Part shown: in pieces, positions 16,966 to 24,462 of the stretch
Position numbering within the stretch: the stretch's first letter is position 1
Layout: each line of letters starts with the position of its first letter
NCBI GenBank assembly: GCA_022361155.1
Contig: JAKSBK010000527.1
Coordinates: forward strand, 6,381-70,380
Origin: Pseudomonadota bacterium
Lineage (GTDB): Bacteria > Myxococcota_A > Polyangia > Polyangiales > JAKSBK01
DNA length: 64,000 nt
Direction of reading: 5' to 3'
Notes under the pieces: generated by a model
The model's database searches: none
What the model was told of the DNA's origin: nothing
The model's input: only the letters and a program-made list of their open reading frames with translations
Program-made: the position numbers and the translations under genes

Positions 16966-18087
16966 CTACATGTGCCAGCTCAGGCCGAGCGCAGCTCCGC
17001 CTGGGAGCAGTCCGATCCGGGGCTTCGGCAGCAGGCTCGCGTGCCGCTGCGGCCGGGCCTGGCTGGAGCGTCGCTCCGAGGCCAGACGGCGGCGCAGCTC
17101 CGAGTAAACGTTCCAGCGCCGCTCCGCGTCGGAAGGCGTGGTCAAGCTGATCACACCGCTGATCACGGATATACCGGCACCGATCATCACGAAGTAGCCC
17201 ATGGTGTCGATGCTGGGCTCACCGTCGCGGCGGGCCAGATAGACCGGCACGAAGGCTACACCAGCGAGCGTACTGACCGCTGCGTCCAGTATGCGAGTCA
17301 ATCGGCTGCGGTAGGCCAGACGCTCCAGTGCGGCCTCGCCGAACGCCAAACGTTCTTTGGCCTCCTGCACGTTGCGCATGGGCATGTGAGAGAACTCGAG
17401 TGCCGGTGTATGGGGATCCGGGGTCACCAGCAGATCGATGATGCCACGCGCCACGTTCGCACCTCCGAAGAGGTAGAGGTAGGATCCCAACACCGGCTGG
17501 TGATCGTCCAAGAAGACGCCGAGCGTGATGGATAGTCCCCCCGTCACGATCGAAAGCACGCCGTCGGCGACCCGGGAGCCCCCCTTGGCGGCCAGCTCGT
17601 CCAGATCATGCGTCAGCACGCGGAACCGGGTCCGGACGTCGGCTGGCAGGCGCAGCGTGGGGGCGCTGATTTCGGAGACGTCCAGTTCGAGGTTGCCGAA
17701 ATCTGTCGCCTGCGGAGTGGCTGGATAGCGCGCACCCAAAGGTGCTCGCCCCCCCGCTTGCGGCGGGGGCGGGGGCATGACGCCCGGAGCCACAACCTGG
17801 CCGGGAGGCGCGACCACCGCCGGAGCAACACCGTAGTTGGCCGGAGGGATGCCGTAGTTTGGCGGTGCCTGAACGGGAGGCACCGCGCCCGCCGGCGGCG
17901 CAACGCCGGCGGGCGCGCCCCCGGGTCTGGGCGGCGTGAGTTGACCGGCTGTCGGCGCGTGCGCGTCCGGCGTGCTCGCGGGCCCTTGCGCCATAGCGGA
18001 TGCAACGAGCACCGGCCAGCAGGGACCGCACACAACGGCCAGCGCAACGGCGTGGCGGGAAAAGACCGAGGAGCTCAAAGGTCGCAC
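16966..18087 (-). CDS. Hypothetical secreted/membrane protein with a Pro-rich N-terminal region and about 4 C-terminal hydrophobic segments
   Basis: GTG start, signal peptide (...VLVASAMA-QG), about 90 aa of P/A/G-rich sequence (PPNYGIPPANYGVAP), then hydrophobic helices. No family recognised. Confidence 0.5.
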   Translation of the reverse strand: MRPLSSSVFSRHAVALAVVCGPCWPVLVASAMAQGPASTPDAHAPTAGQLTPPRPGGAPAGVAPPAGAVPPVQAPPNYGIPPANYGVAPAVVAPPGQVVAPGVMPPPPPQAGGRAPLGARYPATPQATDFGNLELDVSEISAPTLRLPADVRTRFRVLTHDLDELAAKGGSRVADGVLSIVTGGLSITLGVFLDDHQPVLGSYLYLFGGANVARGIIDLLVTPDPHTPALEFSHMPMRNVQEAKERLAFGEAALERLAYRSRLTRILDAAVSTLAGVAFVPVYLARRDGEPSIDTMGYFVMIGAGISVISGVISLTTPSDAERRWNVYSELRRRLASERRSSQARPQRHASLLPKPRIGLLPGGAALGLSWHM

Positions 18088-18638
18088 AACGTTAGCTTAG
18101 CCTAACGAGACCGTTCCGGCGACGGGTGGGCTGCCATGGGTCTGGCCCGGTACGCAAGATCCGGCGAAGCCGTGCAACCCGCATCTCACACTCGATCGTT
18201 GCGATCAGCTTCGCGAGCACGTAAGATTAAAGGTTTTCTTGGCGAGTGCGCCTGCAGGAGTCGCCCGAGGAGTATCAAGGTACTTCGCAAGTCAGCGACG
18301 AGGACGTAAACCGCCCAGAACGGCGCCTGGGAAGCCGCCGCGGAAGCGAAGATCCCGGTGAACGGTTACGCTGGCTCGGTGCCGCGTTGCCACGAGTGCG
18401 GGTTGCCAGTGGAGGTTTCTTGCTCGAATCAGTGCGGGTTTTCGTGGCGCTGGGCGCGGTTTCGTGTTGCGAGCGCCGTTTTTGTGTCGACAAGACGTCT
18501 CGAAGTCGGCTACGCATGCTTGCATCGCGTTGCGGTCCCGCAGCGTATCCACGACATTTGTGTCGCGCCGCGCGCGTTTGTTGCACACCCATGTCTGTAC
18601 CGTTTGTTACACAACGTGATTTGTCGATTGGGCCGGCT

Positions 18639-18667
18639 TTGCAGCAAGCGCAAAAGAGCGGTATGCT
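18639..18667 (+). promoter_or_regulatory. Sigma70-like promoter candidate for the Cys-rich lipoprotein gene (TTGCAG-N17-TATGCT)
   Basis: Hexamers read directly. About 40 nt upstream of ATG 18706, which is preceded by GGGGTGA. Confidence 0.3.
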
Positions 18668-18705
18668 CCGTGTTTCTTATCCCGTTTTCCCCTGGGGTGA
18701 ACATC

Positions 18706-20694
18706 ATGCGTAATGGATTCAGGATCGTTCTCTTGTGTATGTGCGGGCTGACTGCAGCTTGCAGCAGCTCGAATGCACGCCCTGGCCCAGCTGGCTTCGG
18801 CGGCGGTGTTGCCACTGGCTTCGGCGGCGCGGTTCGCCCTGGCTTCGGCGGCGCGGTTCGCCCTGGCTTCGGCGGCGGTGTTGCCACTGGCTTCGGCGGC
18901 ACGGTTGGCTTCGGCGGCGGTGTTGGCCCCGGCTTCGGCGGCGGGCCCGGCGGCTTCGCCGGCAGACCGGCACAGGTTGGACCGGCGCCTGTGACCTGCC
19001 CGCCTGGACTTTCCCATTGTTACAACCAGTGCGTGCCGACGTTGACCGCTCAGTTCAACTGCGGAGCTTGCGGTGTCGTCTGCAAACCTGGGTCTTCCTG
19101 CATAATGGGCAGCTGCTTATGCCCGCCCCCGTTCGTCGACTGCGGAAGCGGATGCTCCGACCAGCTGAGCGATGCATTCAACTGTGGCGCCTGCGGGATC
19201 GAATGCGGCACCGGCGGAATCTGCGTCGCGGGCGTGTGCCAATGCCCGCCCGGAACCATTCAATGCCAGATAGGTGAGGGCGGCCTGGGCGGCACGGGCT
19301 GCGTCCTTGGTGACATGCAGAGCGACGTGAACAACTGCGGCCAGTGTGGCAACCAATGTGCGGTAGGCGCGGCCTGCATTGGGGGCAACTGCCAGTGCCC
19401 CGACGGTATGGTCGACTGCGATCGGCTCTGTGTGGACACGAGCACGAACCCGGCGCACTGCGGTGGCTGCACCGATCCTACTGCCCAGCAGACCAGGGCC
19501 TGCGCTCCGGGTGCCCTGTGTCTTAATGGCCAGTGCGAGTGCGGTCCCAATTTGACCCTGTGCGGCAACGCCTGTGTCGACATCAACATCGACCCGAGCG
19601 ACTGCGGCGGCTGCGGCAACTTCTGCGAAGGGCAATCGGTTTGCCTGAATGGGCTGTGCCAGTGCCCGCCTGGAACCGTGGAGTGCGGCGGCGGCGGCGG
19701 CATCGGCTTCCCGGGTGGCGGTGAAGGCGGAAATTGCCTGCTCGGCAGCCTGCAGACCGACCCCAACAACTGCGGCGAGTGCGGCATCCGCTGCCCGCTC
19801 GGAGGCCTGTGCCTGAACGGGCTGTGCCAGTGCCCGCCCGGCACCCAGGTATGCGCAGCCAATCCGGGGCGTAACATCCCCGGCGAGTGCGCGCTCACCG
19901 TCGCCGATCCGGAGCACTGCGGGCCGGACTGCAAGCCGTGTGTGCCCGGCGCCACGTGTGCGAACGGCATATGCCTGTGTCCGCCTGGCCTCACCGAGTG
20001 CCATCCGGACGGCTGCGTGGACCTGCTCACGAGCTCCTTGGACTGCGGTCAGTGCGGCGTCCGCTGCTCCGGCGGCGCGCAATGCATGGGCGGCCAATGC
20101 CTGTGCCCACCTGGTCGCGAGCCATGCGGCACCCCTGGACCCGGCGAGCTGTCCGGTTGCAGGCTGCCGGGCCAGGACGCATTCCAGAACGACTCCCTGA
20201 ACTGCGGGGGCTGCGGTCGAACGTGTGCGGTGGGCGCCATCTGCCGGATGGGCGAGTGCCTGTGCCCGCCAGGAGAGGTCGATTGTGGCGGTCACTGCAG
20301 CCTGCCAGGCCGCTGCCCGATCTACGAGCAGTGCGACCGGAATTTCGATCCAGGCGGCATAGGAGGCATAGGGGTGGATCCGGTAGGCGGGTCGGGGAAC
20401 AACGACCCGTGTGTTCGTCCAGGGGGAGAAGGCCAGCAGAGCGGCCTGTTGAACTGCGGGCCAACCGAGGCCTGCTGCGTGGCGCGGCGTAACGGCGGTG
20501 GCACCTGGTGCGGCCAGTTCTGCGACCGAAACCGCGACTGCCCATTTCCTCCTCCTCCTTCCAATGCAATGCCCATGTGTGCTCAGAATGAGAATCACTG
20601 CTTCCTCGATTGCTCACTCGGGCAGCTGTGTCCGCTCGGCATGACTTGCGTCGCGAGCGACATCTTTGGGCAGCGGATCTGCGCCTGGAACTAA
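18706..20694 (+). CDS. Lipoprotein with an N-terminal GFGG-repeat region and about ten cysteine-rich CPPG / NCGxCG modules
   Basis: ATG 18706 (MRNGFRIVLLCMCGLTAAC lipobox). GFGGGVAT/GFGGAVRP octapeptide repeats. Repeated pattern C-x-C-P-P-G ... [ND]-C-G-x-C-G-x-x-C-x-x-G-x-x-C-x-x-G-x-C. The ORF-track start at 18358 adds non-repetitive upstream sequence with no signal peptide. Confidence 0.75.
   Translation: MRNGFRIVLLCMCGLTAACSSSNARPGPAGFGGGVATGFGGAVRPGFGGAVRPGFGGGVATGFGGTVGFGGGVGPGFGGGPGGFAGRPAQVGPAPVTCPPGLSHCYNQCVPTLTAQFNCGACGVVCKPGSSCIMGSCLCPPPFVDCGSGCSDQLSDAFNCGACGIECGTGGICVAGVCQCPPGTIQCQIGEGGLGGTGCVLGDMQSDVNNCGQCGNQCAVGAACIGGNCQCPDGMVDCDRLCVDTSTNPAHCGGCTDPTAQQTRACAPGALCLNGQCECGPNLTLCGNACVDINIDPSDCGGCGNFCEGQSVCLNGLCQCPPGTVECGGGGGIGFPGGGEGGNCLLGSLQTDPNNCGECGIRCPLGGLCLNGLCQCPPGTQVCAANPGRNIPGECALTVADPEHCGPDCKPCVPGATCANGICLCPPGLTECHPDGCVDLLTSSLDCGQCGVRCSGGAQCMGGQCLCPPGREPCGTPGPGELSGCRLPGQDAFQNDSLNCGGCGRTCAVGAICRMGECLCPPGEVDCGGHCSLPGRCPIYEQCDRNFDPGGIGGIGVDPVGGSGNNDPCVRPGGEGQQSGLLNCGPTEACCVARRNGGGTWCGQFCDRNRDCPFPPPPSNAMPMCAQNENHCFLDCSLGQLCPLGMTCVASDIFGQRICAWN
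18793..18960 (+). repeat. In-frame 24-bp tandem repeats (ggcttcggcggcg...) in the order A-B-B-A followed by degenerate units
   Basis: Units ggcttcggcggcggtgttgccact (A) and ggcttcggcggcgcggttcgccct (B), read directly. Confidence 0.9.
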
Positions 20695-20830
20695 GCGGAA
20701 CCGCAACTCAGTAGCTGTAACTGAAGAACGTCCGGGGGGCTCGTCGCGGCCAGCTGGTACCTCGTTGCCGAGGATGCCGGCTGGCCGGTCGTGATCTCGG
20801 GCGCCGCGCGGGGACATACCTGGCATACCC

Positions 20831-20886
20831 GAGAGGGGTGTCCCTGCGCGGCCGGTCTCGACCAACTATTCTGTCACGGGCCCTTA
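20831..20886. repeat. Degenerate right-end relic of the MITE-like family; its terminal TTA is the stop codon of the minus-strand gene 20884..21411
   Basis: gagaggggtg...ctattctgtcacgggccctta aligns without gaps over 56 nt to copy A (gccagcggtg...gttgttctttcgcgggccctta) and better to the relic at 32937-32992 (ctgtcacggg vs ctgtgacggg). Confidence 0.45.
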
Positions 20887-21411
20887 CCGGGCCGGGCCGA
20901 TCTCGGTCAGACTGGGCTCTGCCAGCAAGGTCGCGCCGCTTGCTTGCTGCACCTCACGCGCGCTGATCCCGGGAGCGAGCTCTCGGACTACCAGGCCGTG
21001 TTCGGTCACGTCGATGACCGCGAGGGCGCTAATGATGCGATCGGCGTGCGGGCCTGTTGATCCGCGCCGGGCGGCTGGTTCGGCCGGCACGATGCCCAGC
21101 CGGCGAGTCCTTGACGGGCAGGTCAAAAGTACGACCAGTCTCCCGGCGCAATAACCCGCTGGTAGCACGTCGCTACCGTTGGCGTGGCCGTTAGCGCTTG
21201 AGGGCGCTACGAGCTGGCCACGGCTGTCGATCTGGTCGGCCGTGATCAAGGCTAGATCCACAGGCGACCCGTTGCTGCCGCGTTCGGTAACGTGAACACC
21301 CGGGGGTAGGAAACGGTGAATGTCCCTGGACACGCCTGCTCCCAGCAGGACGCGCTCACCCACCCGCGCCTCGGCCGAGGCCCTCATCAGCAGTTGTTGC
21401 GAGCTTAACAA
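20884..21411 (-). CDS. Short, divergent CoA-transferase subunit-B-like protein
   Basis: N-terminal QLLMRASAEARVGERVLLGAGV and C-terminal IISALAVIDVTEHGLVVRELAPGISAREVQQASGATL resemble 3-oxoacid/glutaconate CoA-transferase beta subunits. It is only 175 aa and the SENG catalytic-Glu motif reads GSNG. The start lies 3 nt after the carA stop. Confidence 0.45.
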   Translation of the reverse strand: MLSSQQLLMRASAEARVGERVLLGAGVSRDIHRFLPPGVHVTERGSNGSPVDLALITADQIDSRGQLVAPSSANGHANGSDVLPAGYCAGRLVVLLTCPSRTRRLGIVPAEPAARRGSTGPHADRIISALAVIDVTEHGLVVRELAPGISAREVQQASGATLLAEPSLTEIGPAR

Positions 21412-21413
21412 CG

Positions 21414-22574
21414 TCAGGTCTCGTAGCTGCGTTGCTGTGCGTCCCAGTGTCTCGTGTCGCCCTCGATCTGCTGCACAAAGCGACGAAACAGGTAGCGGGC
21501 GTCGTGGGGTCCCGCGCTGGCTTCGGGATGGTACTGAACGCCGAAGGCTCCGGATTCCACATGCCGGATTCCCTCGCAGGTGCCATCGTTCAGGTGCCGG
21601 TGGGTAACCTCGCAGCGACCTCTGAGCGATTCCATGTCAACGCAGAAGCCATGGTTCTGGCTCGTGATCTCTACCCGGCCGGTCCCCAGGTCCTTGACTG
21701 GCTGGTTCAAGCCATGATGGCCGAACTTCAGCTTGTAACTGGAGGCTCCCAGCGCCAGGCACATGATCTGATGGCCAAGACAGATGCCAAACACCGGCCA
21801 CCGCCCCAGCAGCTCGCGCACGGTGTCCGTCCCCCCGGAAACAGCGGCCGGATCGCCGGGACCGTTCGACAGGAAGATCGCATCCGGCCCCAGGTTCGCA
21901 ATGGCCTCGACTCCCGTGGCGGCCGGCACGACCGTGACCCTGCAGCCGGCATCGACGAGGCAGCGCAGGATGTTGTGCTTGACGCCAAAGTCCATGGCGA
22001 CCACGTGCCAGCGAGCCCCGGGTGTCGTGGCGAGGGAAGTGCTCGCCTCCCGGGTCCACGCGAGGCTGCCGCGATCCCACTCGTAGACCACGTTCGTGGT
22101 GACCGCTTGGGTGAGGTCGCGCCCCTCCATGGGCGGCGCCGCCCGGGCAAGATCTACCAGCTCGTCGCTTGGATCAGTGCCGAGCGCGGCCATCTGAGCT
22201 CCCCGATCGCGGATGTGCCGCGTGAGACTACGCGTGTCCACGTCACGCAGCGCCACGATGCGATGCCGCTTGAGGTAGCAGTCGAGCGTCTCGCGCGCAC
22301 GCCAGCTGCTCGGCTCGCTGGCGAGCTCGTGTACAACGAAACCGGAAAGCGCAGGTGCCGCCGCCTCTTCGTCGTCGAGGTTTACGCCCGTGTTGCCGAT
22401 TTGGGGCGCGGTCATTACCACGATTTGGCCGCAGTAGGATGGATCGGTGACGACCTCCTGATAGCCGGTCATGCCGGTGGTGAACACCGCCTCGCCCGTG
22501 GCAGTGCCCGAGGCACCCGCGGCCGTGCCGGTGAAGATCGTACCGTCCGCCAATGCGAGTCGCGCTGCAGTCAT
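21414..22574 (-). CDS. carA: Carbamoyl-phosphate synthase small (glutamine amidotransferase) subunit
   Basis: N-terminal CPSase_sm domain ([21 protein letters not shown]), GATase GICLGHQ ... HGxN ... QYHPE. Confidence 0.95.
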   Translation of the reverse strand: MTAARLALADGTIFTGTAAGASGTATGEAVFTTGMTGYQEVVTDPSYCGQIVVMTAPQIGNTGVNLDDEEAAAPALSGFVVHELASEPSSWRARETLDCYLKRHRIVALRDVDTRSLTRHIRDRGAQMAALGTDPSDELVDLARAAPPMEGRDLTQAVTTNVVYEWDRGSLAWTREASTSLATTPGARWHVVAMDFGVKHNILRCLVDAGCRVTVVPAATGVEAIANLGPDAIFLSNGPGDPAAVSGGTDTVRELLGRWPVFGICLGHQIMCLALGASSYKLKFGHHGLNQPVKDLGTGRVEITSQNHGFCVDMESLRGRCEVTHRHLNDGTCEGIRHVESGAFGVQYHPEASAGPHDARYLFRRFVQQIEGDTRHWDAQQRSYET

Positions 22575-22645
22575 GCTGGGGATATTTCGAGGAGGAGCAA
22601 CACAGCCAGCGGCGTTTGGAGCCTGCGAGGTGGGCAGGCGCCCTA
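22575..22645. repeat. Internally deleted relic of the MITE-like family filling the whole pyrC-carA intergenic gap and retaining the 36-nt core
   Basis: 22577-22612 tggggatatttcgaggaggagcaacacagccagcgg differs from the copy A core at 1 of 36 positions. The tail ggagcctgcga...gcgcccta ends on the pyrC stop (cta 22643-22645). Confidence 0.55.
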
Positions 22646-23938
22646 GCTAGACGGGATCGCGAGGCGGTGCACTACATGGCCACCGACAAGGGTCAGGACA
22701 ACAGCACCCTGCAGTTGCTGGCCCAGAAAAGGGGTGTTCGACGAGCGGGAGCGTAGCGCGGCTGCCTCGAGAGTCCAGCGGTGCTCCGGGTCGATTACGG
22801 CGATATCGGCCACGCCCCCCACGCGCAGGCTGCCACCTGGAAGCCGACCGATTCGGGCCGGTGCAACGGAGAGCGCCTCGATCAGCCTGCGTTCTGAAAG
22901 GTGCCCTTGCCGTACCAGGTCGAGCAACACGGCCAGCGCCGGCTCGAGCCCGAGGATGCCAAAAGAGGCCGCCTCGAACTCGCAGTCCTTTTCGAGGCAG
23001 CTGTGCGGGGCGTGGTCCGTTGCGATGCAGTCGATCGTGCCGTCCCTGAGTGCCTCCCGCAGCGCGTCGCGGTCTGCTTCCGAGCGCAGGGGCGGGTTTA
23101 CCTTGCAGGCAGTGTCGTAGCCCACGACCGCATCCTCGCTCAGCAATAGATGGTGGGGCGTGACCTCTGCACTCACGTGCAGGCCCCGGGCCTTCGCCTC
23201 GCGCAGCAGCCGGACGGTACCCAACGAGCTAGCGTGTGCAACGTGGTAGCGGGCCCCCGTCATCTCGGCGAGAATCAGGTCGCGTGCCACGATGATGTCC
23301 TCCGCCTCGCGAGGCCAGCCCCGCATCCCCAGTTGCGTCGAGCGCCGGCCTTCGTGCATCTGGGCGCCTCGAGTCAGGCCGTGATCCTCGCAGTGCTGCG
23401 ACAGGAGCAGGTCGAAGGTCTTGGCGTATTCGAGCGCCCGGCGCATGACGCCTGAGTCCATGACGCATACCCCGTCGTCGCTCACCCCGATCGCCCCCGC
23501 ATCCTTCAAGTCAGCCATCTCGGTGAGCTCGACTCCCTTCGATCCCACCGTGATGGCACCGAACGGATGCAGTCGGGGTCCACTGCAACTAGAGGCCTTC
23601 GACACCATCAACTCGGTGACGGCCCGTGTGTCGTTGACAGGCTTGGTGTTTGGCATGGCACATACGGCTGTGAATCCGCCTGCCGCCGACGCCGCCAGCC
23701 CGGACTCGATGTCCTCCTTGTACTCGTGGCCGGGCTCACGCAGATGCACGTGCAGGTCGACGAAGCCAGGTACGACCCAGCAGCCCGCCGCCTCGATGAC
23801 CTGAACCCCGTGCCCGGTCAGCCCAGCTGCCGCGTTAGGCCCGACGCGGACAATCCGGGCTGCATCGACAACCACGTCCGCTGGCTCGTCCCGATCTTGG
23901 GAAGGATCGATGACCCGGCCGCCGCGCAGTACCAGCAT
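22643..23938 (-). CDS. pyrC: Dihydroorotase (class I, multifunctional-type)
   Basis: [31 protein letters not shown] metal-ligand blocks. Confidence 0.9.
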   Translation of the reverse strand: MLVLRGGRVIDPSQDRDEPADVVVDAARIVRVGPNAAAGLTGHGVQVIEAAGCWVVPGFVDLHVHLREPGHEYKEDIESGLAASAAGGFTAVCAMPNTKPVNDTRAVTELMVSKASSCSGPRLHPFGAITVGSKGVELTEMADLKDAGAIGVSDDGVCVMDSGVMRRALEYAKTFDLLLSQHCEDHGLTRGAQMHEGRRSTQLGMRGWPREAEDIIVARDLILAEMTGARYHVAHASSLGTVRLLREAKARGLHVSAEVTPHHLLLSEDAVVGYDTACKVNPPLRSEADRDALREALRDGTIDCIATDHAPHSCLEKDCEFEAASFGILGLEPALAVLLDLVRQGHLSERRLIEALSVAPARIGRLPGGSLRVGGVADIAVIDPEHRWTLEAAALRSRSSNTPFLGQQLQGAVVLTLVGGHVVHRLAIPSS

Positions 23939-24055
23939 CCCGACAAGCCCCTACGAAACACTGCCTTGCATGTCAATGGCGAACGGGATACACCACGGCC
24001 GGTCGCAGCGGGGATCGCCGAGACTGGCCGAGGGCAAGGGTAGGGTGTCCAGGCT

Positions 24056-24331
24056 TCAGACGGCCGTGCGCAGGGCCGAATCGACGGGTGGGCGTCGCAC
24101 TGGACCGACGGCCGTTTCCTCTACGGAGCCCTGGGCGGGAACCGCGTTGACCGTTGTCCGGGCACTGCGCTTGTCGACCACCTTCTGTTTCATCGCCATG
24201 ACCTTGCGGCACAGGGAGGCAAACTCCTTGTGCCGAGTTGCCATGGTGGGTGAGCCCCCGCGCAATAGGGTCTGCACGATGAACTCCAGTACCTGGACTT
24301 CCCCTTCGGAGAAACTGTTGCTAATCCGCAT
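24056..24331 (-). CDS. Small hypothetical protein (91 aa from ATG 24331)
   Basis: ORF only; MRISNSFSEGEVQVLEFIVQTLLRGG.... No family recognised. Coding status is uncertain. Confidence 0.3.
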   Translation of the reverse strand: MRISNSFSEGEVQVLEFIVQTLLRGGSPTMATRHKEFASLCRKVMAMKQKVVDKRSARTTVNAVPAQGSVEETAVGPVRRPPVDSALRTAV

Positions 24332-24462
24332 AGACGCGAGTCTACCACCTCCCCTGCCATGCGACAACATCTGACTTGCCATGTAGGGTCACTAAATGTC
24401 ACGCATCGGCTTTTTCGGACCCGATCAAGTGCCTTCGTTGAGGGCGCGATTTGGAGGGGCCG

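Noticed and set aside
18358-18705. N-terminal extensions offered by the ORF track for the Cys-rich protein (18358), ActB (51853), ActC (54909), ActD (56315), the kinase homologue (50299), proC (2974), metH (28281), the EBP (33012) and the GltE-like gene (40210).
   Set aside because: The extensions overlap upstream genes or lack signal peptides and homology. Internal starts give canonical N-termini (lipobox, Tat motif, kinase subdomain I, receiver domain) and often ATGA/GTGA coupling.
18793-18960. Tandem repeats (here, and at 39-74, 50253-50306 and 63929-63965) considered as possible CRISPR arrays.
   Set aside because: The units are contiguous with no unique spacers, number only 2-7, are 16-24 bp long, and one array is in-frame coding. 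There are no cas genes in the window.
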